From assembly GCA_001179505.1 (NCBI GenBank), contig CDMY01000958.1:1-8179 (forward strand): a stretch of DNA of 8,179 bases, read 5' to 3'. Shown here one piece after another: positions 1-6,200 of the stretch. The stretch's first letter is position 1. Each line of letters begins with the position of its first letter. The position numbers were made by a program, and so were the translations under genes. This DNA comes from Vitrella brassicaformis CCMP3155. Lineage: Eukaryota; Protista; Chromerida. A model generated the notes under the pieces. The model had not been told where the DNA came from. It searched no databases and saw only the letters and a list, made by a program, of their open reading frames with translations.

Positions 1-205
1 AAGTTCGTCGACGGATTCGAACACAATCCCTCATTGGTGGGCGTCAAGGGCACCGACACAGCTGCCAACGTCGCACCCTTCGACTTCGATATGGGAAACA
101 CACTGGCGCTCCCTGGGAAGTACCATGTGTGTTTCTGTGGCGAGGGCAGCGACTGTATGAATGAAGAAGACTTCTTCGTGCAAGTTGGAAACCTGGAGGT
201 GAAAG
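1..205 (+). CDS. Module 0 (partial, CFC type), exon 1
   Basis: Frame +1 reads KFVDGFEHNPSLVGVKGTDT...GKYHVCFCGEGSDC...FFVQVGNLEVKG, then donor GTAAGA at 206. Homologous to the module at 3626-3997. Confidence 0.85.
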
Positions 206-3200
206 GTAAGAAAGCCTTGAAACTCCTATGGGCTTTTTGCCTGCGATGATGCCGTCGTCTCACAGGTCCAACGGGTGACGAAAACTTTTTTTGCCAGGTT
301 AATCTTCTGGAGAGCTCCTCTTTGCCACAGCAAGAGGCAGATACACCTGGATGCGTCACGTCTTTTGTGTGTACCTTGCCAGATTGTGGGCGAATGTACA
401 GTCAATGTTGCCGGAGAGTGTAAGGCGCGGAGCACTGAATGCGAAATGAATCAGAAATCGTCTGTTGTGATGATGTGCGATGGCAGACTTTGACCCGGCG
501 GACTCCATTCTTGTGTCGGAAAAAAGTCCCACGACCCCACCATGCGATCCCCCGAGCCCTGTGTCAGACTTGCTTGATCCCCAGACTGAGTTTGATATTG
601 TGGCTCTACAAAGTCTTCCGGACAAGTACTCCTTTGGCACCCCTCGGAAAGGTGGAGAATTTGACTTGTGCTGGTGGGAATGCAATAAAAGCATCTGGAG
701 TGATGCTGGAAAGAGTGTCTAATGATGCGCAAGTCAGGTGCCCACAGACAACAAACGGCCAGGTGTGTGCGACTCCGACTGATCAGGAGGCGACAATCAA
801 ACAGAAGTACACGCTCCCTCTTGGAACTCTGACAGTCATAGGTCCCTATGATAAGACAAAAAACACTACACACACCAAAGCCATTGCGGAGCAGGTGCAT
901 TGGAAGAGGGTTTTGTGACGTCTTTCGCAGGCCCCGTTGGCAATGAGACGTTGACATGTGAGGCCGCCAAGGACTGCCCGATTGTAATCAATGGAGCTGG
1001 TCAGTGAGGACCTGAGGGACAGCAGACGACGGACAGACGTGGGCATTGCCAGTCACTAATCTTTTGTGTCTGTAGGCTTCGACGACTACGACAGCCTTAT
1101 GGTCTCTGCGACGCCATGCAGCAGCCCTGAGTTTGTGGAGCCCCTGGGCCTGTTCGCCAACGGCACAGAGGACATCGCCCTGCCCGTCGCCGGCGGCTCG
1201 TCGAAACAAAAGACATTCCGATTCAGCAGCGCCAAGCCACGATTTGGTGGCCAGCAGTTCCATCTCTGCTGGTAAGACAAACAAAACTTGCTGCCGAGAA
1301 GATAAAGACCTGCCGACGATGGTGTCCGAAGGACACTCAGCAGTCACAATTGTGAGTGTCTCTGCGCAGGTGCGCTGCTCCGAACCCGGGCACTCAAGCG
1401 TGTGATAATCGGGTCAGTTTCAATATAGGAGTAGGATCGCTGACTGTGATTGGTAAGGAACTGAGTGAGTGGCAGGACAGGACGAATAGGATCGGATTCT
1501 CTGCGATTTATCGAATCATTCAGGTCCTGACGGAAAGGCGAATGCCGACTGCGATGTGGGGCAAACCTGCACTGCAACTATCAATGGCCATGGTATGAGT
1601 AGAACTTTTGGTAGCTCCCATGTATCTTCTGCAAACTTTCCAGGCATTCAGGACGGCGATACCATTCTAATTTCCACAACACTTTGCGGCCCGGACGATC
1701 CTCCGACCACTCCCGTCACTGACCTGTTTGGCGATCCTAATGATCCCAACAACACGCTGATCGACTACGCACGGGCATCAGGGGGGAGTGGTCAAAGCTA
1801 TAATTTCGGAACATCGCAATACGCCGGGCATTTCTACTTGTGCTGGTGTGGCAAGATAGAACTGTCGCGCCAAAAGAAAGTTTGCATCTGGTGTCTTCTC
1901 TCTGTATCTTTTGCACAGGTGCAAGGGCCCATGCACTCCAACCGATTTGGAGAGCTTCACGACAAATGTCGGCACTTTGGACTTCAACACACTTGCCGGC
2001 GGCATGGCGATTGACGGTACATGAGGGAGAGCAGGATGAAGGAAAAAACCCTGATTGCACATTGTTAACATCCGCTGTCTCTCGCTGAACTGGCGTCCTG
2101 ATAAAAGGCCCTGACGGGTTGGGAGTCTTCGAGTTTTCTCTCGGACAAGAATGCTTCTTCACCATCGAGGGGACAGGTGTGCAGATAGATCACTTAGGGT
2201 CTAGCTATCTATATCAGTTGTGTCCATTTCTTCGGCTCAGGCTTCGACATCATGGATTCGATAATCATTGCTGAGCAGAATGGCGCCAGGCCATGCGCCG
2301 CACCCAGACCTGTTAGGACTCTCTTCCCTCCCAACACTGACATAGGTTGGTTCCACAAGACAGGGGAGTGGGACACTTGACGCGGCTCACTTGGCGGTTT
2401 GCCGTGGATCGACTGGAAAGCCGGTGAACCGTACGCAAACGCCCTTGAAGAGAAATATGACTGGGGCGAAAAACCGCTGCATGGTGGAGAATTTGACCTG
2501 TGTTGGTGAGCTCATGTCACGCGTATGCTATGGGCATGCCCCTTCACCGATGGCTCTGCGTTTGCACTTGCAGGTGCGGAGGACATCAAGCTGGGATCTA
2601 CTGCCCAAACAGTGCGGCAGACATCGTTCACAATTACCTCATACATGCTGGCAACCTGACCGTGAGAGGTATGCCAACTACATACCACCGCAGGCATCTA
2701 TGGCCATCTTTGTCCTCATTCCTGTGCTAGGCCCCAAACATACCGACTTCGCCGCTGTCTGCACAATTGGTGCCGCCAGCTGCAGTCTATCCGGCGTGGA
2801 AATGGGGGGCGAGTCTTCCACAGATTTTCACATCGCGGTGATGGATGGGGACTGCTCATCCAGTGCTCCCGGGACCCTGGTCTCCGGATTCGATCACAAC
2901 CCCCAGACAGGACAGAAAGGCGACACGAACGGAGGCTATGACTTCCCCCTAGGCAAGTTCACGGCGAGCGGGACATTTAAGTTGTGCTTTTGCGACAGCT
3001 GGGTCGGATCGAGTCCCCGGTCGACCTGCACGGCCCAAGTGTTGGGAGGGTTTCCATTCACAGTAGGAACCCTCAAAATCAGAGGTGCTACTGACCATGA
3101 TCTGCGTCTGAGCCGGCGGTGACCATGATCTACGTCTGTGATGCATTCTCGAGCAGGTCCCAAGAGGAATGACTATTTGTCGTCTTGTCCGCTGGGGGCG

Positions 3201-6200
3201 GCGAGTTGCACGGTGTCGGGAATTGAGATCAAGGGCGGCAGTTCGAACGTGGACTTTCACATTGCCATCCTCGACGGCCCATGCGGGTCGGCGGGGGCGG
3301 GCGTGGTATCGCCTTCCTTCGCTCACAACACCTCACAGAGCGGAACAAAGAGCGGCGGTCAATACGACTTCGCTCTTGGCGCCCCGCCAATCGAGCGGCC
3401 GGCGACGAGCGGCCTCGATGGCGAGTACTACATGTGTTTCTGTGACAAGGGGACCGGCTCCGATTGCACGACCGACATGGCCGAGTTCGGAGTCACTGTG
3501 GGTGAATTGAGGTTGACAGGTATGTGCCCACACGCACGGACACCTTCTCACGAGGGACAGACCGCCACCTGGATGGCTCGCTGAACGGCTGGCTGTGTGG
3601 ATCATGGGGGTCCCTCCCTGGTCAGGCCCGACGACCGACAGCCACACAGGTGTGTGCACACGCGGCAAGAGCTGCACAGTGGATCGAGTGCCAGTCGACT
3701 ACGATGCTTCGGAGGCCTACCACGTTGCAATTATGGACCAGCCTTGTTCGGCCACCTCACCCGGCCAGTTCGTGGCGCTGTTCGACGAAAACCCCTCACT
3801 CAGGGGAGCCAAAGGCGCCGATCTCAATCCACCACACGTTGCCGAGTTCAGCTTCCAAATGGGCTCTGGAAATACACTGGCCGAAGCGAGCGCTCTCTAC
3901 CACGTGTGCTTCTGCGGCAAAGGCGCCAACTGCGCCCTCGCCAACGGGGCGACACCTGCCGACTTCCCTGTCACCACAGGCACCGTCACACTCAGAGGTA
4001 AGTAAACACCACACATAGCTTTCCGCATCCTCATGTGCAAGCCAATAAAATGTCCTGACAGGTCCCGTTGGCAATGAGACGTTGACATGTGAGGCCGCCA
4101 TGGACTGCCCGATTGTAATCAATGGAGCTGGTCAGTGAGGGCGTGAGGGGCAGCAGACGACGGACGGACTGGGCATTGCCAGTCACTAATCTCTTGTGTC
4201 TGTAGGCTTCGACGACTACGACAGTCTCATGGTATCTGCGACGCCATGCAGCAGTCCTGAGTTTGTGGACCCCCTGGGCCTGTTCGCCAACGGCACAGAG
4301 GACATGGCCCTGCCCGTCTCCGGCGGCTCGTCGAAACAAAAGACATTCCGATTCAGCAGCGCCAAGCCACGATTTGGTGGCCAGCAGTTCCATCTCTGTT
4401 GGTAAGACAAACAAAACTTGCTGCCGAGGAGATAAAGACCTGCCGACGATGGTGTCCGAAGGACACTCAGCAGTCACAATTGTGAGTGTCCCTGTGCAGG
4501 TGCGCTGCTCCAAACCCGGGCACAGCTGTTGCTTGCAGCGCTCAGGATCTCTCACAATATAGCCTCTCCGCAGGATTTCTGACTGTTAAAGGTAAGATAC
4601 TGCCGGGTGTCTTTTGTACAAGGGTGGTACCTTCTATCCTCTGTGTCGTTGGAATATGAGAGCAGGCCCGGACGGAAAGGCGAAGGTCGACTGCGACAGT
4701 GGGAAGGACTGCACTGTCTCCATAAATGGCACCGGTAAGGCAGTTGTGAAGTGAGTGTCACTAGCTCTAGTGCCACCTTCTATTTTGTCGGCGGAAAGGT
4801 CTTGCGAGCGATGATAAGATGGTCATTTCTTCAACTGAGTGTAGCCATGCCAGCCCTCCGACACCGCTTCTAGACCTATTCGAAGGTGACGATACGAAGG
4901 TCGATTTCGCCACGGCATCTGCGATGTCGGGCGGCGGACAATCTGACTACGACTTCGGCAGGGCATATCGGGGCTCGGCCGTCTCGCTCTGCTGGTACTT
5001 CCCAACAAAACGGCTGCCAAATGGAAAACCCAGGATATGTCTTCACAGGTGTGCGGGACCATCCTGTAACCAAGAAAGTGCTGATCTGGCCGACTTCAAC
5101 ATCCACGCAGGATCACTTCATATCAATGGTACGTGACCTTTGTTATATCCCAAGGCATGCTCCCTGGACGAGATGAGGGAACCAAAGAAGAGACACATGA
5201 CCCACGTCAAACGGGTACGTGCATCAAAGTCTGCGCTCGTGGGTGCAGGCCCTTATGGGAAGGCTGACACTGAATGTGCTGCTGGACGGCCCTGCTCAGC
5301 TACCCTGCAGGGCACAGGTGACACGCCGGGGAGAAGTGATAGAAAGTCTCTCTCACACATCTTCCATTCACTCTGCCGTGTTGATGTGCTTTGTCTGCTC
5401 CGCCCGACCTTTCCTGCTCGTGTCTATCTTGTGTGCTCACCCTCAGGTCTGGCCGATCACGATGACATTGTGGTCGTGTCTACGACGCAGTGCAGCCTCA
5501 GCAGCCCGGCGGCGAGCGGCACCGCTGTGACAGACCTCTTCATTGATATGGCAAACGACCCAAACGACACAAAGGTTGACAGCGCCAGGCAAATTTCAGG
5601 GACATACTCACTCGGCGAGGCGAGATATGGAGGGTCCTTCTACCTGTGCTGGTCAGCGCAAACCCAGGAACTTGCTATGGTGTGCTGCGGACGTCAACGG
5701 CTTTGTGTTTTTCTTCCTCTGTAAAGGTGCACCGGGACTTCATGTGACCCAGCATCACAGCTGCAGATGTTCAACGTCTATGGGGGACAACTCACCATTA
5801 CAGGTCAGTGAAGGACGTGATGACATACGTAAGCTGATCTGCCTTCGAACTTGGTCATTGACACTTATGTCAGGTCCCAAGAGGAATGACTATTTGTCGT
5901 CTTGTCCGCTGGGGGCGGCGAGTTGCACGGTGTCGGGAATTGAGATCAAGGGCGGCACTTCGAACGTGGACTTTCACATTGCCATCCTCGACGGCCCATG
6001 CGGGTCGGCGGGGGCGGGCCTGGTATCGCCTTCCTTCGCTCACAACCCCTCACAGAGCGGAACAGAGAGCGGCGGTCAATACGAGTTCGCTCTTGGCGCC
6101 CCGCCAATAGAGCGGCCGGCGACGAGCGGCCTCGATGGCGAGTACTACATGTGTTTCTGTGACAAGGGGACCGGCTCCGATTGCACGACCGACATGGCCG

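Larger units (their letters stand above)
3154..4021 (+). repeat. Internal duplication/conversion tract B, copy 1 (partner 5871-6737)
   Basis: Manual alignment shows about 18 differences in about 868 nt (about 98% identical). The 106-nt intron is identical in both copies. Confidence 0.95.

Noticed and set aside
1846-1856. GC-AG intron starting at 1851 (GCAAGA)
   Set aside because: It would be phase 1 and would put the next exon in the wrong frame. The GT at 1846 matches the conserved phase-2 position in Trp.
2378-2380. TGA as selenocysteine or a genetic-code variant
   Set aside because: A 75-nt GT-AG intron removes it and improves the alignment with other modules. No other in-frame TGA occurs in the exons.
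2391-3122. The 243-aa ORF, and other long ORFs such as 5543..6301, 5140..5724 and 7556..8155, as stand-alone genes
   Set aside because: Each joins intron or off-frame sequence to real exons. Only the GP...G segments match the repeat.
988-4555. Similar minus-strand ORFs 988..1347 and 4031..4555, and the two 64-aa MSYQQRW ORFs, as a duplicated antisense gene
   Set aside because: They are antisense shadows of tract A. The plus-strand frame carries the conserved Cys motifs, splice sites and synonymous-biased changes.
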